From contig JACQKO010000001.1 of the NCBI GenBank assembly GCA_016204525.1, forward strand, positions 1-28,448: a stretch of 28,448 nucleotides of DNA, read 5' to 3'. Every line of letters begins with the position of its first letter. The first letter of the stretch is position 1. The notes beneath the pieces were generated by a model. It had not been told where the DNA came from, ran no database searches, and worked only from the letters and a program-made list of their open reading frames with translations. This DNA is from Candidatus Levyibacteriota bacterium. GTDB lineage: Bacteria; Patescibacteriota; Microgenomatia; Levybacterales; GWA1-39-11. The translations under genes were made by a program, and so were the position numbers. Positions 8,459 to 16,895 of this stretch are shown here, one piece after another.

Positions 8459-9138
8459 TGGTTTTAAAAAAAAATAAATTCGAAGAGTTTTATTTCAAAG
8501 GATATTATCAGGGGATTGGAGATTTTAGTTTGGAGCGCGATCGGGAACTTACAAATTGGTTTAAGGGAATGTGTGAATATATCAATCGGTATTATCCAAT
8601 AAAGCGAGCACGCGGAAAAAAATTAATAGAATTTGGATGTGCAACTGGAGCCGCAGCTAATCTTTTCGCTGATTATGGTTTTAATGTATACGCAACCGAT
8701 GTATCAAAATATGCGGTTCGAGAAGCCCAAAAAAACTATCCCGACATAAAATTTAGCGTTGCTGACATGCAAAAACTCTTTACAAGGACGGGAGATTTTG
8801 ATATTGTGGTGGCGTTTGATGTAATAGAGCATTTAGATAAACCAGAAGAAGCGCTTAAGAATTCATACGAGATTTTAAAAAAAGGCGGAGTGTTAATTTT
8901 AACTACTCCAAATGACTATAAACACATGTCCAATGATCCGACTCACATTAATGTAAAAAAACCGCAAGATTGGCGAAATATCATCAGGAAAATTGGCTTC
9001 AAGAATATTATTGTTCGTCAAATAACATTCGTTCCATATTTGTATAGATTCAACTGGCGGCTGAATTTTGCGATACCAATCACAACTGCCTCGCCATATT
9101 TTATCTCGCCGGTATTTATAATAGCCCAAAAAGTTTAA
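8458..9138 (+). CDS. Class I SAM-dependent methyltransferase
   Basis: LIEFGCATG, TDVS, FDIVVAFDVIEHL, LKKGGVLILTTPN. TAATG coupling to the upstream gene. Confidence 0.9.
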   Translation: MVLKKNKFEEFYFKGYYQGIGDFSLERDRELTNWFKGMCEYINRYYPIKRARGKKLIEFGCATGAAANLFADYGFNVYATDVSKYAVREAQKNYPDIKFSVADMQKLFTRTGDFDIVVAFDVIEHLDKPEEALKNSYEILKKGGVLILTTPNDYKHMSNDPTHINVKKPQDWRNIIRKIGFKNIIVRQITFVPYLYRFNWRLNFAIPITTASPYFISPVFIIAQKV

Positions 9139-9141
9139 GTA

Positions 9142-12100
9142 ATGAAAAAGAGAATCATTATTGACCTTGCCATAATTTTTATCATTGGCTTATTGCCAAT
9201 ACTGTGGCTTCCCGGAGATTCGGTTCTTCTTGGTCATGATGCAGGACTCGCAATTGACCCATTAATGCACTTTCTTGACCGTATTCACGTATGGTCCCAG
9301 AGATTTAGTTTAGGTACCGACCAAAATGGGGCATTGTTGGGAGCGTTCTTAATACACGGTTTTGAAGCGCTTCTTGCATATCTTGGTTTGAATTTACATT
9401 TTGGGCAAATAGTCCAGTTTATTTTTTGGTTTACACTCCCAGGACTTGCAATGTACTTCTTTGCAGCAAGTTCTTTCAGAGACAAAAAATATTTACCCCT
9501 TATTGCATCTATTATTTACATGCTTAATTTTTATCTTCTTCAGGGGTGGTTTATAGCAGAGAGAACCAAATTCTCAATTTATATAGCTTTCCCTTTTGTC
9601 CTATATTTTCTGATCCGCTATTTGACAGGCAAGATGAAGTTTCTACCCTCTATATTGTTTTCCGGGATTATTCTTGGGATATTTAATGGGGGAGGATCAG
9701 TACCTCTTTATGGGGGTCTTCTATTCTCTGTGACTATTACGTTTATATACATAAACATTATTAATCTCAATCTAGCAACGCTCAAAAGAACAGTTCTCTA
9801 TACTCTTGGGGTCGCCGCCGTCTACTTTATTCTTAATGCGTACTGGATTATACCTTACGGCTTTTATGTTGTGGGGTTTTACGGCAGGGACCTTGCAAAT
9901 GTTGGAGGGTCAGAAGGGATCCTTGAGTGGGCTAAATACTTATCAGCAAAATCTACATTTATTAACCTATTTCGCGGACAAGGGATACCAGATTGGTACC
10001 TTAATCCATTTCATGCATACTCACAAAAATTCTTAACTAACCCGATTCTGATTTTAGGGTCATTCCTCTTGCCAATACTTGCATATGCAGCGTTTATTTT
10101 TATAAAGAATAAGCGTGACGCTTTCTTTATTTACCTTCTGATACTCATAAGCCTTGTTGGGATACTATTTTCATCAGGCCCTGAATCACAATTTGGCTTT
10201 ATATACGAGGCAATGGTAAGGTTCGTTCCAGGATTCGGTCTATTCCGCTCCGCTTTTTATAAATTTAATTATATGGTTTGGTTTTCTTACGGAATATTAA
10301 TTGGGTTTACGCTTGACGTCGTTCTCTCAAAAATAGAGGCCAAATATTTTAAAAAACACGCACTTGCCTTTTCAAAAATAGCTCTTATTTTGATTGTAGC
10401 CTTATACGTGTTATATCACTACCCAGCACTAGACGGGTCATTTCTCGATTATTCACATGAACCCGGCAAAGAACTTACAACAAGAGTTAATGTCCCAAAA
10501 TATGTTTTAGATTTTGGCCGTTGGGTTAATGCTAAAGACCCAAATGCAAGATACTTAGTTATGCCCCAACTTGGAAATACAAATGTTGTCTCCTATGACT
10601 GGCACTATTGGAGTATCGCTCCATTAACCAGTCTTCTTTCAAGGAATTCATTTGTTCATAATACAGCTCTTGTGCCTGAAAGTGAAAGGGTACTTATGAA
10701 TGAAATGTATGCCGCATTTTTGCGAGGAGATATGGAGAGCTTTAGAGATTTTGCTGATGTGTTTGCAATCGATGGGGTACTTCTTGAGAAAGATTACGAT
10801 TGGAAAAATGTAGCGTGGGGGACAATTGACCCCCGGGAACATGAGGAAACATTAAAAGCAAATCCTGATCTTTTTACGCTTGAAAAATCTTTTGGAAAAT
10901 GGGATGTATATAAATTCTCATTTAGGAATGAGTCACTGCGAATCAATTCAAGTACTAAATTAACATACCTTCAGGGAAAACTTGGCAAAGTTGTATCGTT
11001 CCCATATTTCTCCCCTAAGTCGCCTCTTTTTATAAGTGATATTGAAGGTAAAAATACGGAGTATTACGCAAAGAATGCATCAGATATATATCTTGCCCCA
11101 GAATGTGTCCAGTGCGACCTTGAGTATATTGGAACACCATTCTCATTTTATAACCCTAAGCTTTTGCCTGGGTCCGCGCTCTATCCTTTTATTACTTTTA
11201 GGGAGGAGCAAGTAAAGGCTTCATCAAAGGACTTTATGTCCCTGCTTAATTTTTACATAACCACTGCCAATAGGAGATTGATTGAAGTCAAGTGGATGGT
11301 TGAAACAAGAAATAAAATTGGAGAGATAATCCCAACAGTCGAGCGGTATAGAGGGATACTTGAAGAAATAGCCTTGCATCTTAACAAAGACGAGGCGGCG
11401 ACTATTGAAAATAGAGCGGCTATTCTTGTGACGTATCATATAGGTCAGCAAATTGGTCTTCTTGATTCAATATATAGGGAACAAATACTAAGCGTTTTCG
11501 AGCGTCAAGCTTTAGCCCGAGCATATAATGAAATTCTAAATATAGACAGGCTTGCACGCGAAAAACTGTGGGCAACAACTGATATGACTAATAAAAAATA
11601 TATATATGATTTGCCCCTGACCGGTGAATATGAGATGTTTGTCAAGCGCGGCAGCTTAACATACCCGGACACTGATGCTAGTGATACAGTTATAACATTT
11701 CGCGGCTCACAAAAAGAATTAAGACCAGTTGAGACAATAGGCGATTGGTTGTCTTTTGGAAAAGTTAATTTACTAAATAAGAAGACATTTATAGCAATAA
11801 AAGATGGTACTCTCTCAAATTTGGTTGAGCAAGTTGTGCCTTCTTTTACAGAAGGCGAGGAGGGAATAATTGTTAACAATATTAATGCCACGTTTACCAT
11901 TGACAGTTTGAACAAATGTTTCTATTACCAATTCCATGACTTAGAATTCTTAAATACCCAATACGCTGTCTCATTCACCTATAGAAACTTTTCCGACAAT
12001 AACAGTTTAAGTTTCTTCCATCAATTTGAAGGGGATGAGATGCCTCGCTATGGGACAAAGGACTTTACATTGACCAATTTCAGGTATGCAAATAAGTTTA

Positions 12101-12645
12101 CAAAACTTATCACGCCCAAAAATGGAAACATTAGATTAGTATTTTGTAACGCATATTTGTCACTTCAAGAGATTGGCACTTTTGAAAAACAATTGAATTT
12201 AGAGTTGTTACCTGAGAGACAAAACTTAATTGAAATTACCGGTATAACGTTTCACAAAGTATCTTATCCCAATGTCGTCCTATATAAGAGGCAGAAGGAC
12301 ATAGAGGATATAAATACAGTCACTAATTTTTCAAAGATTGACCCGGTAACTTATGAAGTGAACTTAACAAGTTCTAATATGCCGATTTCCTTAATGATGA
12401 GAGAAAGCTACGGTAAATACTGGAGAGTGTGTGATGAAAAAAACAAATGCCTTTCATATGATGATCCCTCGCACTTTCAAAATGCAGGTTTTGCAAATGC
12501 CTGGTTCATGAAAGATAGTTCTATGGGTAACAAATTAAATCTTTATTACTATCCTCAGAGATGGTACGAGATAGGAACAATTATTACGTTTGCATCTATA
12601 ACGTTAGTTTTAGGAATATGTTTACGTCTATTTATAAAAAGATAA
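9142..12645 (+). CDS. Large membrane protein, GT-C fold (AftD/YfhO-like) with a long extracytoplasmic region; paralogue A
   Basis: Many TM segments in the N-terminal ~430 aa, GHDAG acidic motif after TM1, PGFGLFRS, a large soluble region with CxxC, and a C-terminal YPQ...G TM anchor. Confidence 0.7.
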   Translation: MKKRIIIDLAIIFIIGLLPILWLPGDSVLLGHDAGLAIDPLMHFLDRIHVWSQRFSLGTDQNGALLGAFLIHGFEALLAYLGLNLHFGQIVQFIFWFTLPGLAMYFFAASSFRDKKYLPLIASIIYMLNFYLLQGWFIAERTKFSIYIAFPFVLYFLIRYLTGKMKFLPSILFSGIILGIFNGGGSVPLYGGLLFSVTITFIYINIINLNLATLKRTVLYTLGVAAVYFILNAYWIIPYGFYVVGFYGRDLANVGGSEGILEWAKYLSAKSTFINLFRGQGIPDWYLNPFHAYSQKFLTNPILILGSFLLPILAYAAFIFIKNKRDAFFIYLLILISLVGILFSSGPESQFGFIYEAMVRFVPGFGLFRSAFYKFNYMVWFSYGILIGFTLDVVLSKIEAKYFKKHALAFSKIALILIVALYVLYHYPALDGSFLDYSHEPGKELTTRVNVPKYVLDFGRWVNAKDPNARYLVMPQLGNTNVVSYDWHYWSIAPLTSLLSRNSFVHNTALVPESERVLMNEMYAAFLRGDMESFRDFADVFAIDGVLLEKDYDWKNVAWGTIDPREHEETLKANPDLFTLEKSFGKWDVYKFSFRNESLRINSSTKLTYLQGKLGKVVSFPYFSPKSPLFISDIEGKNTEYYAKNASDIYLAPECVQCDLEYIGTPFSFYNPKLLPGSALYPFITFREEQVKASSKDFMSLLNFYITTANRRLIEVKWMVETRNKIGEIIPTVERYRGILEEIALHLNKDEAATIENRAAILVTYHIGQQIGLLDSIYREQILSVFERQALARAYNEILNIDRLAREKLWATTDMTNKKYIYDLPLTGEYEMFVKRGSLTYPDTDASDTVITFRGSQKELRPVETIGDWLSFGKVNLLNKKTFIAIKDGTLSNLVEQVVPSFTEGEEGIIVNNINATFTIDSLNKCFYYQFHDLEFLNTQYAVSFTYRNFSDNNSLSFFHQFEGDEMPRYGTKDFTLTNFRYANKFTKLITPKNGNIRLVFCNAYLSLQEIGTFEKQLNLELLPERQNLIEITGITFHKVSYPNVVLYKRQKDIEDINTVTNFSKIDPVTYEVNLTSSNMPISLMMRESYGKYWRVCDEKNKCLSYDDPSHFQNAGFANAWFMKDSSMGNKLNLYYYPQRWYEIGTIITFASITLVLGICLRLFIKR

Positions 12646-13031
12646 CAAACATTTTTGATCGCGCAACAGATTTTGTTCGAAAGAATACTGTTCAAGTCGT
12701 GATTATTGTGAGTTGCTTTGCTGTTCTTGAATTAATCCAATCCTTTCCTTATGTAAACATAATTCCAAGATATCAGTTTTTAGTAATAAGCTTTGTGCTT
12801 TTGTTAAGCGTTGTTCTCCTAAGAGTTTTTATCTCAAGTAAATTAATTAATTATGTTGTCCTAGCTCTTTTTGTAATAAGCATATTTACTGCAATTCTAG
12901 ATATTGAACAAATTTCTAACTTGATTGGATTTGTCGCTTTTGTATTACTGTCTATAATGGTTATTAGACAAATCTTCCAAGATAGGGAAAAGTTAAAGGA
13001 GGTAGGCCTTGAAAAAGAGAGTCATATTTGA
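12618..13031 (+). CDS. Small membrane protein (~137 aa, about 4 TM); partner A
   Basis: Hydrophobic ORF. ATG 12618 chosen by analogy with partner B (28-nt overlap). Shares PYxNxI and SK.I motifs with 16485-16895. Confidence 0.7.
   Translation: MFTSIYKKITNIFDRATDFVRKNTVQVVIIVSCFAVLELIQSFPYVNIIPRYQFLVISFVLLLSVVLLRVFISSKLINYVVLALFVISIFTAILDIEQISNLIGFVAFVLLSIMVIRQIFQDREKLKEVGLEKESHI
12996..13003 (+). promoter_or_regulatory. Shine-Dalgarno AAGGAGGT for the TTG start of paralogue B
   Basis: Canonical SD 5 nt upstream of TTG 13009. Confidence 0.7.
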
Positions 13032-16000
13032 TCTTATTATTATTTTGGTCTTAGGTTTGATTCCTCTGTTGTGGTTGCCTTCGCAAAGCATTATTTTAGG
13101 GCATGATGCGGGATTAACCTTGGATCCTGTTGCGAATTTCTTAGACAGACTTTATGTTTGGACGCAAAGATTTGGTATAGGAACCGATCAAAGTTTTGCT
13201 CTTCTTGGCGCTTTTTTCATACACGGACTTGAGGCACTGCTTGCGTGGCTTGGGTTTGTGCCCGATGCCCAGCAGAAAATTCAATTTGTCTTTTGGTTTG
13301 TTTTGCCAGGTCTAACCATGTATTTCTTGGTCTACAAACTTTGGCCTGAGAAGCGATACATGCCCCTGATTGCTTCAACTATATACATGATCAACTACTA
13401 TATTATTCAGGCTTGGTTTGTCGCAGAACGGACTAAATTCTCGATATACGCGGGATTGCCGCTTTTCGTTTACTTTCTTCTCGCCTATTTTCTTAAGCGA
13501 ATGAGCCTTGTCAAAAGCGTCTTACTTGCGGGGTTAACTATAAGTATTTTCAACGGAGGAGGCAGCCTTCCCTTATATGGTGGTCTATTAATAATAATTT
13601 TTACTGTTTATGTTTATTTTGCTTTCTTAGATTTTAGAAAAAGAACCTTTGTCAACATTCTTTATTTCACGGCCGGACTGCTTTTGGTCTATCTTTTACT
13701 AAACGCTTATTGGCTTATTCCTTATCTATTCTACATTTTTAGTTTTTATGGTCGGGATCTGGCTCTTGCGGGCGGATCGGAAGGAGCGCTTGGATGGGCA
13801 GAGTATCTTTCAGAAGGCGCAACTTTTTTCAACATACTTCGTGGGCAAGGAATCCCTGATTGGTATCTAAATCATTACCACGCTTTCTCTAATAATTTCT
13901 TTACAAATCCAATTTTTATTAGCTTAAGTTTTGTTTTTCCTGTCGCGGCTTATCTTTCACTTTTTTTCGCCAAAGATAAAAAAAGTAAACTACTTATTTA
14001 TCTCTTGGTTATCCTAAGTCTCGTTGCTCTTGTTTTTACATCCGGGCCAAGGTCTCAACTAGGAGTAGCTTATAGATTCTTAGCTCTTTACGTACCGGGC
14101 TTTGCAATTTTTAGAAGCGTCTATTACAAATTCGGTTACGCATTTTGGTTTGCCTATGCAATATTAATAGCATTTACGATAGACTATATCCTCGCAAAAA
14201 TTCAGTTCAGGCTCCCAAAAATTGTGAAAAGCACCTTTGAGGTTGGGGCGCTTCTTACGTTTCTTGCTTTTATACTCTTTTATCACTATCCAATACTCGA
14301 CGGGTCGTTCCTTGACTATTCGCGTGAGCCTGGACGCGAGCGAACAACCCGCGTGAAGGTTCCAGAATATGTCTTCGAGTTTGGGAAGTGGATGAGCACA
14401 AAAGATCCGGATTTAAGATACTTAATCGTTCCGGAATTATCAGAAACAGGGTACGTTGCTTATGATTGGAAGTACTGGAGTATTGCTCCCCTAAATAGTT
14501 TATTTTCAAGACAGTCTTTTGTTCAAAATACCCTTCTTCTTCCACAGTCAGAGCGATTAATTTTACTTAAGATGTACTATGATCTTTTAAGACAAGATTT
14601 TAAGAGCTTCTTTGATTTTGCAGAGGTCTTTGCCATAAACGGAATAGTTTTACAAAAGGATGTAGATTGGAAGAATAGCCTATGGGGAAGTACTAATCCT
14701 AAAATTTATGAAGAGATAATAGAGAGAAGTCCGAATTTTAAATTAGTTAAAACCTTCGGCATGTGGAAGGTATACGATATTATTGGAAGACCATCCCCTC
14801 CACGCATTGTTGCAACTACTAGGCTCTCTTTTCTTGAGGGGGAGCTGAAGAATGTAATGTCGTTCCCACAATTTGATGCACGTGCCCCAATCTTTATGGG
14901 AGCTTCGGATAAGAAGAGTAGTCCATATTTTGTTAAAGAGGTATCAGAAGTATTTCTTGTTCCTGAATGCTTTAACTGCAGCCTTGAGGAAGGGGGGCGG
15001 GGAGTAAGTTTTTATGATCCAAAAATTTTGCCAGGCTCAATTCTCTATCCATTAATTGGAGTACAAGAGGATAATATCAGACGACAATCTAAGGATCTCA
15101 AGTCTATCTTAAATTATTATGTAACGATTTCTGACAGAAGAATCATTGAATCAAAATCAATGGTTGAACGAGAATTATTCTTGCACAAACTAGAAGAGAC
15201 TTTTGACCGTTACAGAGATATATTGTTAAAGCTAAGATCGTTAGTACGAAAAAAGGATTGGAAGATGACCGGACGAGAAGAGAGTACTGTTGCGGAAGAA
15301 ACGTCTAAACATCTTCTGGCTCAGGCATCCTGGATTGAACAACTAGATGATAGTAAGCACGTTTCAGAAGAAAGCAGAAAAATCCTTGCAGAATCATACG
15401 AGTTTTTACTTGATATAGATGCAAAGGTTCGTGAGAGGATTTGGATCACAAGAAATACTGAAGACAAACGTTACATTTTTGAACTACCTAAAGTAGATGA
15501 ATATGAAGTCTATGTAAAGAAGAGCACGTTCGCACATGAAGACAATTTTGAAGGATCAATACTAACGTTAGCTGAAAGGCCGGAGTTAAGATTAACCCCA
15601 ATAAGTGATGTAGGGGGGTGGCTATATTACGGCCCTTTAAGATTTGAAAGCGATAGGCTTAGGCTTGGACTTGTCGATTCCACAGTGAAAAACTTACTTA
15701 GTGGTGTTATACCAAATGTTCCAAAAGAGCAAAAAGGAATTGAAGCAGGACAGGAAACTCTATCATTTACAACAGATAGTATTGATAAATGTATTTCCTA
15801 TAAAATCTTAGGTCTTGAGACAATTGATACAAAGTATAGATTGACATTTGAATACAGGAATTTTACAGACAAACGTGACCTCTCTTTCTATTTGACATTT
15901 TCGGGGGAGAGAACACGCAAATTAGACATCCTTTCAACTTTCCTTTCAAACAGCAGAGGATTTAGAATGGAGGAGAGATTTATTACAACAAAAGACGGTA

Positions 16001-16512
16001 GAGTGACCATCTTTTTCTGTAATGGGTTTGCAACTCTTGAAGAAAAAGTAAAAGGAGAAGAGATTGGTCCATCTCTTATTCCCGGGCAAACAATGATTGA
16101 GATTAAAAACATAAAGCTTGTTAAGGTATCCCTTCCTGCTGTAGTTCTATATAAGAAGCAGAGAGATATAGCTACCCAAGATTATGTTAAATCTTTTGAT
16201 AGAACAAGCCCTGTGTCGTATACGATGGATATAGGAAAAAATACAGGTCCATTATCACTTACAATCCGTGAAAGCTATGGTAAGTATTGGCAAGTATGTG
16301 AAGAATCGAGGAAGTGCTACCCATTTGATGCAAAAGTACACTTTGCATCTGCAGGATACGGAAACGCTTGGTATTTTCCAGAAGGGATACAGGGGAAAGT
16401 TAAGATTTACTACCTTCCCCAACTAATGTTTACTATTGGTTCATATATTTCTGTTACAAGTTTCGTTATAATACTTTTTGCCCTATGTTACGATATTTTA
16501 AAGAAAAAATAG
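13009..16512 (+). CDS. Large GT-C-like membrane protein; paralogue B
   Basis: Collinear with 9142-12645: GHDAG, GTDQ, ERTKFSIY, RGQGIPDWYLN, LDGSFLDYS, PECxxC, RESYGKYW. Confidence 0.7.
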   Translation: MKKRVIFDLIIILVLGLIPLLWLPSQSIILGHDAGLTLDPVANFLDRLYVWTQRFGIGTDQSFALLGAFFIHGLEALLAWLGFVPDAQQKIQFVFWFVLPGLTMYFLVYKLWPEKRYMPLIASTIYMINYYIIQAWFVAERTKFSIYAGLPLFVYFLLAYFLKRMSLVKSVLLAGLTISIFNGGGSLPLYGGLLIIIFTVYVYFAFLDFRKRTFVNILYFTAGLLLVYLLLNAYWLIPYLFYIFSFYGRDLALAGGSEGALGWAEYLSEGATFFNILRGQGIPDWYLNHYHAFSNNFFTNPIFISLSFVFPVAAYLSLFFAKDKKSKLLIYLLVILSLVALVFTSGPRSQLGVAYRFLALYVPGFAIFRSVYYKFGYAFWFAYAILIAFTIDYILAKIQFRLPKIVKSTFEVGALLTFLAFILFYHYPILDGSFLDYSREPGRERTTRVKVPEYVFEFGKWMSTKDPDLRYLIVPELSETGYVAYDWKYWSIAPLNSLFSRQSFVQNTLLLPQSERLILLKMYYDLLRQDFKSFFDFAEVFAINGIVLQKDVDWKNSLWGSTNPKIYEEIIERSPNFKLVKTFGMWKVYDIIGRPSPPRIVATTRLSFLEGELKNVMSFPQFDARAPIFMGASDKKSSPYFVKEVSEVFLVPECFNCSLEEGGRGVSFYDPKILPGSILYPLIGVQEDNIRRQSKDLKSILNYYVTISDRRIIESKSMVERELFLHKLEETFDRYRDILLKLRSLVRKKDWKMTGREESTVAEETSKHLLAQASWIEQLDDSKHVSEESRKILAESYEFLLDIDAKVRERIWITRNTEDKRYIFELPKVDEYEVYVKKSTFAHEDNFEGSILTLAERPELRLTPISDVGGWLYYGPLRFESDRLRLGLVDSTVKNLLSGVIPNVPKEQKGIEAGQETLSFTTDSIDKCISYKILGLETIDTKYRLTFEYRNFTDKRDLSFYLTFSGERTRKLDILSTFLSNSRGFRMEERFITTKDGRVTIFFCNGFATLEEKVKGEEIGPSLIPGQTMIEIKNIKLVKVSLPAVVLYKKQRDIATQDYVKSFDRTSPVSYTMDIGKNTGPLSLTIRESYGKYWQVCEESRKCYPFDAKVHFASAGYGNAWYFPEGIQGKVKIYYLPQLMFTIGSYISVTSFVIILFALCYDILKKK

Positions 16513-16895
16513 TTGCGTTTGTAGGTTTTAATAAACATTTTTTTGTAAGGCATTTGCCTCATATTGTTTTTTTAGTTTTCTCTTTTCAGTTTCTTGTTGT
16601 TGCGGGGGCTCTTCCATACTTTAATTTAATTAGCCAATATTCTTATTATGTTTTCACGACAGTATGGGTAATTGCAGTTTTTTTGTTCCGAAAACAAATA
16701 ACAAGTAAGTTTATATTGAAAATGATAATGATTCTAATCTTTCTCGGAATTCCGGTTGCGCTTTTGAGCTTTGCCGGTACTGCCGACGCCCTTGGATACG
16801 CTGTTTTTGTATTGATTAGCACTGGGGTCGTGAAAAAGAGTATGGAAGATTGGAGTATTATTAAGACTATTAAGAAAAATAGTGTTTTGGATTAA
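16485..16895 (+). CDS. Small membrane protein (136 aa); partner B
   Basis: Hydrophobic; LPYFNLI, TSKFI, GYAVFVL motifs match partner A. Confidence 0.7.
   Translation: MLRYFKEKIVAFVGFNKHFFVRHLPHIVFLVFSFQFLVVAGALPYFNLISQYSYYVFTTVWVIAVFLFRKQITSKFILKMIMILIFLGIPVALLSFAGTADALGYAVFVLISTGVVKKSMEDWSIIKTIKKNSVLD

Noticed and set aside
9142-16512. Identical 1167-aa length as evidence of a very recent duplication
   Set aside because: The proteins differ throughout and contain small compensating indels, so the duplication is old and the exact length match is partly coincidental.
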